Shown: positions 48,331-58,128, counted from the stretch's first letter. The stretch is 64,000 nt of DNA from Candidatus Kryptoniota bacterium (GCA_041640855.1 JBEPZK010000002.1:24964-88963); one strand, 5' to 3'. The notes: generated by a model not told the origin, from the sequence alone. Made by a program: numbers and translations.

Positions 48331-49377
48331 GTGATAATTCTCGGAATAGAGACATCATGCGATGAGACATCTGCAGCTGTGCTTAAAGATGGAGAACTTC
48401 TATCAAGCATAGTTTCAACCCAATACTTTCACTCAAAATACGGCGGGGTTGTTCCTGAACTTGCATCAAGAGCTCATCAGAAGATGATAGTTAAAATAGT
48501 TGACGAAGCATTAAACTCCGCTGGCGTAAAAAAAGAAGAACTTTCTGGAATCGCGGTGACATACGGTCCAGGATTAATTGGCTCGCTTCTTGTCGGGGTT
48601 AGCTTTGCAAAAGCGATGGCTTTCGCTTTGAGGATACCTTTAATCGGCGTAAACCATATCGAGGGGCACATATTTTCAACTTTTCTTTCGGATGAAAAAC
48701 CTGATTTCCCATTTATTTCACTTGTTGTTTCGGGCGGACATACGATGCTTGTACTCGTTGAAGATTTTTTCAAACTTAAACTGCTCGGTCAAACGAGAGA
48801 TGACGCTGTTGGTGAGGCTTTTGATAAAGTCGCAAAACTTTTGGGTTTGGGCTATCCTGGCGGACCGATAATTGATAAACTTGCTCAGGAGGGAAATCCA
48901 GACTTTGTAAAATTTCCTAAGCCAATCCCATCCTCAAAAAATAAGATTTCAAACGATGACGCCCCGAGCGGAAATAAATACGAATTCAGCTTCAGTGGGA
49001 TAAAAACAGCAGTTTTATATTATTTGAAAAAGATCAATTTCCAAAATCTTGAGGAAAGCGAAAAAGTAGAGATAACCAAAAATGTATGTGCAAGTTTTCA
49101 ACGCGTTGTTGTAGATGCACTTGTTGAGCAGACTATACAAGCTGCGAAAGATTATAATATCAAAAATATCTCAATCGCCGGTGGGGTTGCTGCAAATTCA
49201 GAACTTAGAAAAAGCATGATGGAAAAAGCTAAAAGCGAGGGGTTGAAAGTTTATATCCCAAATTTCGCCTATTGCACCGACAACGCGGGTATGATTGCTT
49301 TCGTCGGTTATATCAAATTAAAAAATAACATAAAAAGTGACTTCGGTTTAGCACCAATTCCAAACCTTAAAATTTAG
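48331..49377 (+). CDS. tsaD: tRNA N6-adenosine threonylcarbamoyltransferase
   Basis: GIETSCDET, VPELASRAH, HIEGH, VSGGHT, DDAVGEAFDK, GGVAAN and DNAGMIA. Confidence 0.97.
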   Translation: MIILGIETSCDETSAAVLKDGELLSSIVSTQYFHSKYGGVVPELASRAHQKMIVKIVDEALNSAGVKKEELSGIAVTYGPGLIGSLLVGVSFAKAMAFALRIPLIGVNHIEGHIFSTFLSDEKPDFPFISLVVSGGHTMLVLVEDFFKLKLLGQTRDDAVGEAFDKVAKLLGLGYPGGPIIDKLAQEGNPDFVKFPKPIPSSKNKISNDDAPSGNKYEFSFSGIKTAVLYYLKKINFQNLEESEKVEITKNVCASFQRVVVDALVEQTIQAAKDYNIKNISIAGGVAANSELRKSMMEKAKSEGLKVYIPNFAYCTDNAGMIAFVGYIKLKNNIKSDFGLAPIPNLKI

Positions 49378-49387
49378 ACGAAGTGCT

Positions 49388-50191
49388 ATGGACAGAATCG
49401 AAAAAGTCTTGAATAAAAAACAAAAACTTCTAATCCCTTACATTACGCCGGAATTTCCTGTTCCAGGAGCAACAATCCCAATTCTCGAATCCCTCGTCGA
49501 CGCTGGAAGCGACATAATTGAAATCGGTATTCCATTTAGCGACCCAATCGCAGATGGTCCAACGATTCAACATTCTTCCTACATCGCTTTGAAAAATGGA
49601 GTAAACGTCCAGAAAATTTTTTCGCTCGTCTCAGAATTTAGAAAAAAATTTACAACGCCGATCGTTTTAATGGGCTATTTCAATTCTATATTTAATCATC
49701 GCATTGAAAAATTTGTCCCCGAGGCAATTGAAAGTGGCGTTGATGGCTTAATCGTCCCCGATTTACCAATTGAAGAAGCTGACGAATTAATCGAAATTTC
49801 ACGAAAATATGGGCTGAGCAATATATTTCTCGTTGCTCCAACTTCCGACGACGAAAGAATAAAATTGATATCAAGCAAGTCGACGCATTTTATCTATTGC
49901 GTTTCGGTTACGGGAGTAACAGGTGAAAGGGAAAATTTTGGCGGCGCAGAATTTGAAAATTTTATGAGAAGAGTCAGAGAAAATTCATCAAAACCTTTTG
50001 TGGTTGGGTTTGGAATATCGAAAAGGGAGCATATACTCAAAGCGTGGGAGTGGGCTGATGGAGCTGTGGTTGGTTCAGCTTTGATAAAAAAGTTTTTCAA
50101 CGTTGCAGATATCTCAAAATGTGCTAAAATTGCATACGAATTCATCAAAGAACTTAAAAATGGGCTGGTTCAAGGGCAAAAGCAAATATGA
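49388..50191 (+). CDS. trpA: Tryptophan synthase alpha chain
   Basis: IEIGIPFSDPIADGPTIQ (catalytic Glu and Asp), MGYFN, PDLP, GVTG, VGFGIS and DGAVVGSA. Confidence 0.95.
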   Translation: MDRIEKVLNKKQKLLIPYITPEFPVPGATIPILESLVDAGSDIIEIGIPFSDPIADGPTIQHSSYIALKNGVNVQKIFSLVSEFRKKFTTPIVLMGYFNSIFNHRIEKFVPEAIESGVDGLIVPDLPIEEADELIEISRKYGLSNIFLVAPTSDDERIKLISSKSTHFIYCVSVTGVTGERENFGGAEFENFMRRVRENSSKPFVVGFGISKREHILKAWEWADGAVVGSALIKKFFNVADISKCAKIAYEFIKELKNGLVQGQKQI

Positions 50192-51512
50192 CGAGATCGA
50201 AAAATGGAGGAAAAAAATTGATAAAATTGATATCAAAATCGTTCGACTTTTGAACCGTAGAGCAAGATATGCGGACGAGATTGGAAAAATAAAACAAGAA
50301 CTTAACCTGCCGATTTATTCGCCTGAGAGAGAAAATCAAGTCATCGAAAATGTCACAAAACATAACTTTGGTCCTCTATCGGATATGGCTATAAAAAGAT
50401 TATACGAGCGAATAATCGACGAATCAAGACGACTCGAAAGGGAATCCGCGGAACGTAGGAAGTTATACCAAAACGCAAATTTGAACTCCGCACAATTTTT
50501 AAATTTGCAATCCTTTCTCAAATACTTTGCTTTGCTTTTTCTTCTCGTCTTAATTCAAATCATCAACAAGCAATTTTTTGCTTTTAATTTACCGCCGACG
50601 AAATTTTCTATTGTCGAAATCCCGAAAAATTCAACTTTTGATAAGGCAACGGAAATCTTAAATTCAAATGGATTATTAAAAAATAAGATGCTTTTTTTCT
50701 ATGTTGGGAAATTTCTTGGGCTTGATAAGAAAATAAAAGCAGGGAAATATATCCTCGTCGACAATTTGCCCATGGCAATTGTTATGGATGAAATTGTAAA
50801 CCCGAAATATATTTTGACCGCGACTGTTACAATTCCCGAGGGTTTAACAGCGCGAAGAATTGCTGGTACATTGAAAGCAAGGATTGGAATTGATTCGGCG
50901 AAGTTCATGCAACTTGTAAATGACCCAAAATTCACTCGAAGCCTTGGTATAGATGCTGATGGACTTGAGGGTTATCTTATGCCCGATACTTATGTTTTTA
51001 TCTGGGGAGATGATGAAGAAAGCGTGATAAAAAAGATGGTTCAGGAATTTAAAAAATTTTATTCAGACACATTGAAGGAAAGGGAAAAGTTTATAGGATT
51101 AAACACACATCAAGTTGTGACGCTTGCCTCAATAGTCGAAGGCGAAGCCAAATTCGACGATGAAAAGCCGCGAATCGCAGGTGTATATTTCAATCGCTTG
51201 AAACTTAAAATGCCTCTCGAAGCTGACCCAACGATTCAGTACATAATCCCGGATGGACCGAGAAGACTGCTTTATCAAGATTTGAAAATTCAATCGCCAT
51301 ACAATACATATTTAAACAGGGGACTACCCCCTGGACCTGTGAACAATCCAGGAAGAAGTTCGATACTTGCGGTTTTATACCCAGAAAAACACAAGTTTTT
51401 ATATTTTGTCTCGGACGGCGCTGGAAGACATATCTTTTCGAAGACATATGATGAACACTTAAAGGCTGTGAGAAGATATAGGAAATTAATTTTATCAAAG
51501 AAGCAAGATTAA
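50160..51512 (+). CDS. mltG: Fusion ORF: AroQ-type chorismate mutase, TM helix, endolytic transglycosylase MltG
   Basis: N-terminal WRKKIDKID...LLNRRA...IGKIK...IYSPERE...IIDESRRLE; hydrophobic helix; then AGKY, TIPEG, LEGYLMPDTY, LASIVEGE, LEADPT, SPYNTY and GLPPGP. No in-frame stop between the domains. Confidence 0.85.
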   Translation: MGWFKGKSKYDEIEKWRKKIDKIDIKIVRLLNRRARYADEIGKIKQELNLPIYSPERENQVIENVTKHNFGPLSDMAIKRLYERIIDESRRLERESAERRKLYQNANLNSAQFLNLQSFLKYFALLFLLVLIQIINKQFFAFNLPPTKFSIVEIPKNSTFDKATEILNSNGLLKNKMLFFYVGKFLGLDKKIKAGKYILVDNLPMAIVMDEIVNPKYILTATVTIPEGLTARRIAGTLKARIGIDSAKFMQLVNDPKFTRSLGIDADGLEGYLMPDTYVFIWGDDEESVIKKMVQEFKKFYSDTLKEREKFIGLNTHQVVTLASIVEGEAKFDDEKPRIAGVYFNRLKLKMPLEADPTIQYIIPDGPRRLLYQDLKIQSPYNTYLNRGLPPGPVNNPGRSSILAVLYPEKHKFLYFVSDGAGRHIFSKTYDEHLKAVRRYRKLILSKKQD

Positions 51513-51514
51513 AA

Positions 51515-53179
51515 ATGCATTTAATTCTTGAAACTTTAAAATTTATGCTGAAACTCGAACTTCGATCGAAAAAAGAGGGTAAAATTTCATACGAGAGAAT
51601 TTTGCTAATTTTTGCGATAAACTTTCTCTGGTTCTTGATGTTAAGTTCGGGAATTGCGCTGTCAAAGTCGCAAAGTCAAAGCTTCAGCTCTTTTCTTCTT
51701 GATTTTTCGCTCGTCCTTCTTTCTGTCGAATTTCTACTTCTTATCTTCACGATTTTGGTCGAATTCGATTCCGCAGTTTTAAACGTCGATGAAATAGAAT
51801 TTTTTCTGTCGATTCCGCTTGATTCAACAATATATAGAGTGGGGAAGTACTTGAGTTTTTTGTTATTTGTTTTGTTCTTGAACTTGTCCTACAATCTTTC
51901 GCCAACTTTGGTTTTGGCATTTGCGAATTCATTTGGGTTTTCAACTTCAACTGTTATCATCGCGAGAGTTTGTTTTGCTTATTTTCTCACCTCGACTTTT
52001 TTCGTCGTTTTGATCTCAAACTTTATGCTTTTGATTATGCTTTTGTTGGGACGAAAGTTAAAAATTCAAAAATTAAAAAAATTCATCCTCCCGATCCAGA
52101 TATCCGCAGTTTTTCTGACTTTTTTAATTTATCAGGTCGTTAGCAAGTATTTTTCAGCGCAGGATGAGCATATAAATATTTTCAAACTGGCCGATGAAAA
52201 ACTCTCATCGTTTTCGTTTCTGATGCCACAAATTATTTTCTCCAAAATATTCGTTTGGATTTCTGGAATGGGGTCGGTCAATTTGAATTTCATTGAAATT
52301 TTACCGCTGTTAATGCTCTCATCATTTCTTTTGGTAGCGCCGTTTTATGCTTTAAGGATTGAAAATTTGCAAAATATCTCGACCGTATTTGAACCATCAA
52401 ACGATGTGAAAAATTACCGCTTTATAAAACTTTTGAAAAAAGCAAACCGAGTTTTCTTCAAAGATGATGTCGAACTTGCTTTTTACGAGCTTGTTTACAT
52501 TCACTTGAGAAGGGATAAATCCGTGATGGTTAAAATTTTTTCGACGCTTGCGATATCTGTTGCCATCGCGATTTATGTTCTATTTTTTGAAAAACTTTCA
52601 AATCCTTTAGCCACACCGCTTTCAAAAGGTAATATTTTGATGTTGACCTCGCTTTTCTTCACCGTTACAACTGGGATTACAACAATATCAAGCCATCGAA
52701 ATTACGAGGCGTCGTGGGTTTATCATTTCATCGCAAGAGAAAAAATTTTTGATGCGATAAATGGCGGGTTCAAGGTTCTATGGCATCATATTTTGATACC
52801 GCAAATTGCAATTTTTTCCTTTGTGTATTTGATATCGCTTGATAAGTTTTCTCAAGTTTTCCTTCACATTTTGACGACCGTTGTCTTGTTGAAGATATTT
52901 TTTAATTTAACTGCGTTAATTTCCGCTCGCCTGCCATTTAGTCAGCGAGTTGAAAAGTTGAGTTCTGCCGATAAACTTTTAATTCAAACTTTCCCATTTT
53001 TCGGAGTGATTGCGTCTGTATTTTTTGAAAACGTGTTTTATCAATTGACCACAAACCTTGGAAATTTTCTCTTGCTCGGATTGGTGTTAATTATGGCTTT
53101 TGCTTTTGAAAAATACACTGGCTTACTTTTAAAACGAAAACTTAGAAATGTTTTAACATGGCAAATAAGCGAAGGGTAA
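51515..53179 (+). CDS. Multi-pass membrane protein (ABC-exporter-permease-like, uncertain)
   Basis: About 12 TM segments and a FLSIPL...Y..GKY pattern; no ATPase partner nearby. Confidence 0.5.
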   Translation: MHLILETLKFMLKLELRSKKEGKISYERILLIFAINFLWFLMLSSGIALSKSQSQSFSSFLLDFSLVLLSVEFLLLIFTILVEFDSAVLNVDEIEFFLSIPLDSTIYRVGKYLSFLLFVLFLNLSYNLSPTLVLAFANSFGFSTSTVIIARVCFAYFLTSTFFVVLISNFMLLIMLLLGRKLKIQKLKKFILPIQISAVFLTFLIYQVVSKYFSAQDEHINIFKLADEKLSSFSFLMPQIIFSKIFVWISGMGSVNLNFIEILPLLMLSSFLLVAPFYALRIENLQNISTVFEPSNDVKNYRFIKLLKKANRVFFKDDVELAFYELVYIHLRRDKSVMVKIFSTLAISVAIAIYVLFFEKLSNPLATPLSKGNILMLTSLFFTVTTGITTISSHRNYEASWVYHFIAREKIFDAINGGFKVLWHHILIPQIAIFSFVYLISLDKFSQVFLHILTTVVLLKIFFNLTALISARLPFSQRVEKLSSADKLLIQTFPFFGVIASVFFENVFYQLTTNLGNFLLLGLVLIMAFAFEKYTGLLLKRKLRNVLTWQISEG

Positions 53180-53778
53180 TAATTGGAGTCACGGGCGCAA
53201 GCGGTGGGATTTACGCAATAAGAACGATAAGGGCATTTTTAACTTATGGGTTTGAAATACACCTTATTGTCTCTGATTATGGAAATTTTGTCCTTAAAGA
53301 TGAGTGTGGGATAGACTTAAAAAACAATGAACCAATGAAAGTTTTTAAATCGATGTTTGGAAACGAGGTTGAAAATGGTGAGATAATAAAATATAACTTC
53401 AGAGATTTAACAGCGCGAATATCAAGCGGCTCATTTGAAACAGATGGCATGGTCATAGTCCCATGCTCTGTCAAAACCTTGTCCGGGGTTGCAAATGGGA
53501 TTTCATCTAATTTAATAGAGCGTTCCGCAGATGTTTGTCTTAAAGAAAATCGTTTGCTTGTGGTAGTTTTCAGAGAGACGCCTTTGAATTTAATTCACAT
53601 CCAAAATATGCTAACTTTAGCTCAAGCAGGTGCGAAAATTTTGCCTGCTTCCCCAGCTTTTTATCAAAAACCGAAAACATTTGATGACCTTGCTGATTTC
53701 ATCGCGGGAAAAATTTTATCTCTTTTCAAAGTTGAACATGATCTTTACAAAAAATGGGGAGAAGAAAATGAGAGTTGA
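53158..53778 (+). CDS. ubiX: Flavin prenyltransferase
   Basis: GVTGASG, ISSGSF, PCSVKTL, RETP and PAFY. Confidence 0.92.
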   Translation: MANKRRVIIGVTGASGGIYAIRTIRAFLTYGFEIHLIVSDYGNFVLKDECGIDLKNNEPMKVFKSMFGNEVENGEIIKYNFRDLTARISSGSFETDGMVIVPCSVKTLSGVANGISSNLIERSADVCLKENRLLVVVFRETPLNLIHIQNMLTLAQAGAKILPASPAFYQKPKTFDDLADFIAGKILSLFKVEHDLYKKWGEENES

Positions 53779-54940
53779 GTTATTGCTTGTTTTGATTTTA
53801 GCACAACAAATTTTTTCAACATCCATGAACGCACAAGAAAGTGAAAAAAGATTCAGAGCGAGGGAATTGGGAATTGTGGTTGGGGTTCTTCCAACCGGGA
53901 AATACAACGCTATAACCGATGTAAAGGGGGTTAAAGTCGGGCATAAGACGATAATCAAAGGCGATAGCATTAGAACGGGAGTTACAGTAATTATTCCCCA
54001 CGATGGGGATATTTTCAAAGAGAAGGTTCCGTGTGCATTTTACGCTGGAAACGCATTTGGAAAATTTGCCGGTTCAACCCAAATTGAAGAGTTGGGCGAA
54101 CTTGAAACGCCAATAGCACTGACGAACACGCTTGCGGTTCCAAAAGTTGCTGATGCATTGATTCAATATACGCTTGAAAAATCTGGCATGGATATTCGCT
54201 CAATCAATCCCGTCGTTGGTGAGACGAACGATGGATTTTTGAACAAAATTCAAGAGAGAGTTATCGCTTATCAAGATGTTCTTGATGCGATAAATTCAGC
54301 AAGTTCAGGTGAAGTTGAAGAAGGTTCTGTTGGCGCTGGAACTGGGACAATCGCGTTTGGATGGAAAGGTGGAATTGGGACATCGTCAAGGGTTCTTCCG
54401 AAAAATCTTGGCGGATGGACGGTTGGGGTTTTGGTGCAGACAAACTTTGGCGGAATTTTAACTATAAACGGCGCACCAGTTGGACTTGAACTTGGGAGAT
54501 ATTATCTTAGAGACGAACTTCAAAAAGCGGATGGCTCTATAATAATTGTGATTGCCACAGATGCTCCACTTATGCCAAATCAATTAAAACGTCTTGCTAA
54601 AAGAGCTATGCTTGGACTTGCGAGAACTGGCTCTCCTTCAACCAATGGAAGCGGTGATTATGTCATCGCTTTTTCGACGAATCCAGAATGTAGAATCAAA
54701 TCGATGGATGAAATTTACAAACCTCAAACTATAAAAGTTTTACCAAATTCCGCTCTTTCGCCTTTGTTTCAAGCTGTTGTTGAGGCGACGGAAGAAGCTA
54801 TTTACAATTCTTTGCTCATGGCAAGAACTATGACCGGATATATGGGCAGAAGAGTTGAAGCAATTCCAATTGACAAACTTGTCGAAATTTTGAAAAAATA
54901 CAATGTCCTTGATTATGATAAAAAATTTAAATTGAGGTAA
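53768..54940 (+). CDS. DmpA/P1-family (S58) aminopeptidase with signal peptide
   Basis: NAITDVKGVKVGH, RTGVT, GNAFGK, PVVGETNDG, VGAGTG, autoprocessing site DG/SII and SGDY; ATG 53768 inferred as start. Confidence 0.88.
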   Translation: MRVELLLVLILAQQIFSTSMNAQESEKRFRARELGIVVGVLPTGKYNAITDVKGVKVGHKTIIKGDSIRTGVTVIIPHDGDIFKEKVPCAFYAGNAFGKFAGSTQIEELGELETPIALTNTLAVPKVADALIQYTLEKSGMDIRSINPVVGETNDGFLNKIQERVIAYQDVLDAINSASSGEVEEGSVGAGTGTIAFGWKGGIGTSSRVLPKNLGGWTVGVLVQTNFGGILTINGAPVGLELGRYYLRDELQKADGSIIIVIATDAPLMPNQLKRLAKRAMLGLARTGSPSTNGSGDYVIAFSTNPECRIKSMDEIYKPQTIKVLPNSALSPLFQAVVEATEEAIYNSLLMARTMTGYMGRRVEAIPIDKLVEILKKYNVLDYDKKFKLR

Positions 54941-54943
54941 AAA

Positions 54944-55633
54944 ATGCGAACAAAAACAATCGCAATAATTGAAGACGATAATGATATACTTGAACTAATA
55001 GCCTTACATATTCAAAAAGCTGGGTTTAAACCGAAAAAATTCACCAACGCTGAGGCATTTTTCCGGTATTTGAATACGGACAAGCCTGATCTCTTAATCC
55101 TTGATTTGATGTTACCTGATATCGATGGGTTTGAAATTTGTAAAACTTTAAGAAATGATCCCAAGACTTCAAAAATTCCGATAATAATTTTGACCGCAAA
55201 GATTGAGGAAACAGACAAAATCATCGGACTTGAACTTGGAGCAGATGATTATGTCACTAAACCGTTTTCCCCGCGCGAACTCATAGCAAGAATAAAGGCA
55301 GTTTTGAGAAGAATTTATGGAGAAGAAGGGAAACCGACGGTTATTGAGGTCGCAAATATGCTCACAATCGATTTAAATCGAATGGAGGTCTACGTTGAAG
55401 GGAAAAAGGTTGATTTGACGCTCACGGAGTTTAAAATACTTGAAACTTTATCTGAAAAGCCGGGTTGGGTTTTTTCAAGGGAGCAGTTGCTAAATTCGAT
55501 ATGGGGGCTTGAAAAATCCGTTTCTGACAGAACAATTGATGTCCACATAAGAAATTTGAGGAGTAAACTTGGCAAGGCGGGAAAACTTATAAAAAGCGTA
55601 AGAGGTGTGGGATACAAAATCGTAAGCGAATGA
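54944..55633 (+). CDS. phoB: OmpR/PhoB-family response regulator of the pho locus
   Basis: IEDD, LDLMLP, GADDYVTKPF, RTIDVHI and VRGVGY; position upstream of phoR and pstSCAB-phoU. Confidence 0.85.
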   Translation: MRTKTIAIIEDDNDILELIALHIQKAGFKPKKFTNAEAFFRYLNTDKPDLLILDLMLPDIDGFEICKTLRNDPKTSKIPIIILTAKIEETDKIIGLELGADDYVTKPFSPRELIARIKAVLRRIYGEEGKPTVIEVANMLTIDLNRMEVYVEGKKVDLTLTEFKILETLSEKPGWVFSREQLLNSIWGLEKSVSDRTIDVHIRNLRSKLGKAGKLIKSVRGVGYKIVSE

Positions 55634-55637
55634 AAAA

Positions 55638-56960
55638 GTGAGAGAATCAAATTTTTACATATTTTTCATCTTTTTTGCAATCGTCATCGTTGCTTTGCTT
55701 TTAAAATGGAGCGTTGGGCTCATCATAGCCTTTGCTTTTCTTATTTGGTGCTTTAAAAATTTTATCAAGCCTATGTATGAAATAAATCGTCATCTCAAAA
55801 AATTTTCAAACAAGTTATCACAAGATTTGATAAATGATTTTAAAACGATATTGAACGATGCTAAAAAAAATGAACAAAAATTAAGTGAAGCAGAGCAAAA
55901 ATTTAAAGTTTTAGCTGAACTTTTGACCAGCGCAGTTGCGATTTTAGGTGAAGACGGCAAACTAAAATTTTCGAATAAAAATTTTAAACAACTTTTCTCA
56001 AGTGTTGAGACAGATGAAGGAAGTTTTTATTGGGAAATCATTCGCGACTTTGACTTGATTCAATTTGTAAAGCAACTGCTTGAAATCGATTTCAAAAATT
56101 TGAAAATCTCAAGAGAAGTTGAAATCGCCGGAAAAAATTACTTGGCTAGCGCTTTCAAAATCCAGAGAGAAATTTTCCTTTTGCTTGACGATATAACTTT
56201 TCAAAAGGAACTTGCAGAAATTAAAAGGGAACTTGTTGAGAACATTTCACATGAGTTGAAAACACCGCTTTCAAACATAAAAGGATACATCGAAACAATT
56301 GAAGAAGAACTTCAAAATCTCGGTCGAAAGACGAGGGCAGTTCGCGAGATAATGAACTATCTCGAGCCTGTTAAAAGAAATACAGATAGATTGACGAGAA
56401 TAATAAATGACCTTTTGATTTTGTCCGAGGTCGAAGCTGGGGTTACATTTAAAGAAGAAAGGGTTGATTTCAAAGCGATTATAAATGGGATTTTAAAAAT
56501 GTATGAAAAGAGTATAAGAGACAAAGGTTTGTATTGTAAAGTTGAGATATCAAAGGAATTGCCCGAGTTTTGGGGGGATTCTTACAGAATTGAGCAAATG
56601 CTTTCGAATTTAATCGATAATGCGATAAAATATACTGACAAAGGTGGGATAAAAATCAAGGTTGAACCTATTTTTGAGTTTTCCAAGAACAAGCCTGACA
56701 AAATAAAGATAACAGTTGAGGACACGGGAATTGGCATTGCGAAGGAGCATTTGCCAAGGATTTTTGAACGTTTTTATGTCGTCGACAAATCGAGGTCAAG
56801 GCAAAGCGGTGGAACAGGGCTTGGTTTATCCATAGTCAAGCACATCGTTTTATCATACAACGGGAGCATAAATGTTGAAAGTAAAGTTGGCGTTGGAAGC
56901 AAATTTGAAATTCTTCTCCCTATCCCGAAAAAAGCTAATCCAGATGAAAAATTGCTTTAA
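55638..56960 (+). CDS. phoR: Phosphate regulon sensor histidine kinase
   Basis: SHELKTP H-box, NLIDNAIKY, DTGIG, FERFY and GGTGLGL; PAS-like region; locus context. Confidence 0.87.
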   Translation: MRESNFYIFFIFFAIVIVALLLKWSVGLIIAFAFLIWCFKNFIKPMYEINRHLKKFSNKLSQDLINDFKTILNDAKKNEQKLSEAEQKFKVLAELLTSAVAILGEDGKLKFSNKNFKQLFSSVETDEGSFYWEIIRDFDLIQFVKQLLEIDFKNLKISREVEIAGKNYLASAFKIQREIFLLLDDITFQKELAEIKRELVENISHELKTPLSNIKGYIETIEEELQNLGRKTRAVREIMNYLEPVKRNTDRLTRIINDLLILSEVEAGVTFKEERVDFKAIINGILKMYEKSIRDKGLYCKVEISKELPEFWGDSYRIEQMLSNLIDNAIKYTDKGGIKIKVEPIFEFSKNKPDKIKITVEDTGIGIAKEHLPRIFERFYVVDKSRSRQSGGTGLGLSIVKHIVLSYNGSINVESKVGVGSKFEILLPIPKKANPDEKLL

Positions 56961-57017
56961 CGGTTTTTTAACAGTTTTTTAACGATTTTTTAACATTTCT
57001 TTAACCTTATATTAAAC
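56957..57017 (+). promoter_or_regulatory. Pho-box array: six TTAAC-type direct repeats with exact 11-bp period
   Basis: ttaacggtttt, ttaacagtttt, ttaacgatttt, ttaacatttct, ttaaccttata and ttaaac starting at 56957, 56968, 56979, 56990, 57001 and 57012, between phoR and pstS. Confidence 0.85.
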
Positions 57018-57069
57018 TTTGGAAGTTAAGTTTATATCTGCTTTAAAAATAAATTCTTCGTTCTCAACT

Positions 57070-58128
57070 ATGAAAAATTTCAAATCCGCGATTTTAACCC
57101 TCGTTTCAACCATCCTTTTATCAAACCTTTTAATTTCACAAGACAAAGAGCTTCTCGGAGCTGGGGCGACATTTCCATACGTTTTGTATTCGAAGATGTT
57201 CGACGCCTATTATAAGCAGACCGGGGTAAAAGTAAATTATCAGTCGATTGGTTCAGGTGGTGGAATAAGACAATTGAAGGAAAAAACAGTGGATTTTGGC
57301 GCATCCGATGCATTTTTATCTGATGACCAACTCAAGGAATACGATTCTCCAGTCCTTCACATTCCAACTTGCCTTGGCGCTGTCGTGATAACTTATAATC
57401 TTCCTGGAAATCCCGAGTTGAAGCTTACCCCTGATGTAATTACCGATATTTTTCTTGGTAAAATTAAAAAATGGAATGACCCGAGAATTACCTCTTTAAA
57501 TCCAGATGTAAAATTGCCAAATATGAACATCACAGTCGTCCATAGGTCTGATGGAAGCGGGACGACTTTCGTTTTTGTGGATTATCTCTCAAAAGTGAGC
57601 AAAGAGTGGGAAACCAAAGTCGGACGTGGGACTTCGGTGTCATGGCCAGTTGGACTTGGTGGAAAAGGTAATGAAGGTGTGGCAGGGCTTGTAAAGCAAA
57701 TCCCAGGAAGCATCGGTTATGTTGAATTGACCTATGCAAAACAGAATAAATTACCAACTGCGCTTGTAAAAAATAAGAAAGGAAATTTCATAAAGCCAGA
57801 GCTTTCCTCAATCACGTCAGCTGGAAAGACGAAAATCCCAGATGATACGAGAGTTTCCATAACTGACACAGACGCTGAAGATGGCTATCCAATTAGCAGT
57901 TTCACTTGGATACTCGTCTATAAAGAGCAAAACTACAAAAACAGGTCGTTTGAAAGAGCGAAGCAACTTGTGAAATTGCTTTGGTGGATAATTCACGATG
58001 GGCAAAATTACGCGGAACCGCTTGACTATGCAAAGTTACCTCCTGAAGTCGTAAAAAAAGCTGAATCTATAATCAAATCAATCACATACAATGGCAAACC
58101 TGTCTACAAAGAGGTTGGAATTAAGTAA
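57070..58128 (+). CDS. pstS: Phosphate ABC transporter substrate-binding protein
   Basis: GAGATFP, GSGGG, FGASD, RSDGSGTT, GKGNEGV and YPISSFTW; ATG 57070 gives a normal signal peptide. Confidence 0.96.
   Translation: MKNFKSAILTLVSTILLSNLLISQDKELLGAGATFPYVLYSKMFDAYYKQTGVKVNYQSIGSGGGIRQLKEKTVDFGASDAFLSDDQLKEYDSPVLHIPTCLGAVVITYNLPGNPELKLTPDVITDIFLGKIKKWNDPRITSLNPDVKLPNMNITVVHRSDGSGTTFVFVDYLSKVSKEWETKVGRGTSVSWPVGLGGKGNEGVAGLVKQIPGSIGYVELTYAKQNKLPTALVKNKKGNFIKPELSSITSAGKTKIPDDTRVSITDTDAEDGYPISSFTWILVYKEQNYKNRSFERAKQLVKLLWWIIHDGQNYAEPLDYAKLPPEVVKKAESIIKSITYNGKPVYKEVGIK

Noticed and set aside
48144-48410. 88-aa minus-strand ORF between comF and tsaD
   Set aside because: It overlaps the tsaD start and the probable comF promoter; no motif.
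50103-50159. ORF-track start at 50103 for the fusion gene
   Set aside because: It is a TTG deep inside trpA and adds residues with no domain similarity; ATG 50160 is more plausible.
56957-57017. Tandem repeat considered as a CRISPR array or VNTR
   Set aside because: The units are 11 bp with no unique spacers and no cas genes nearby; position and period fit regulator binding sites.
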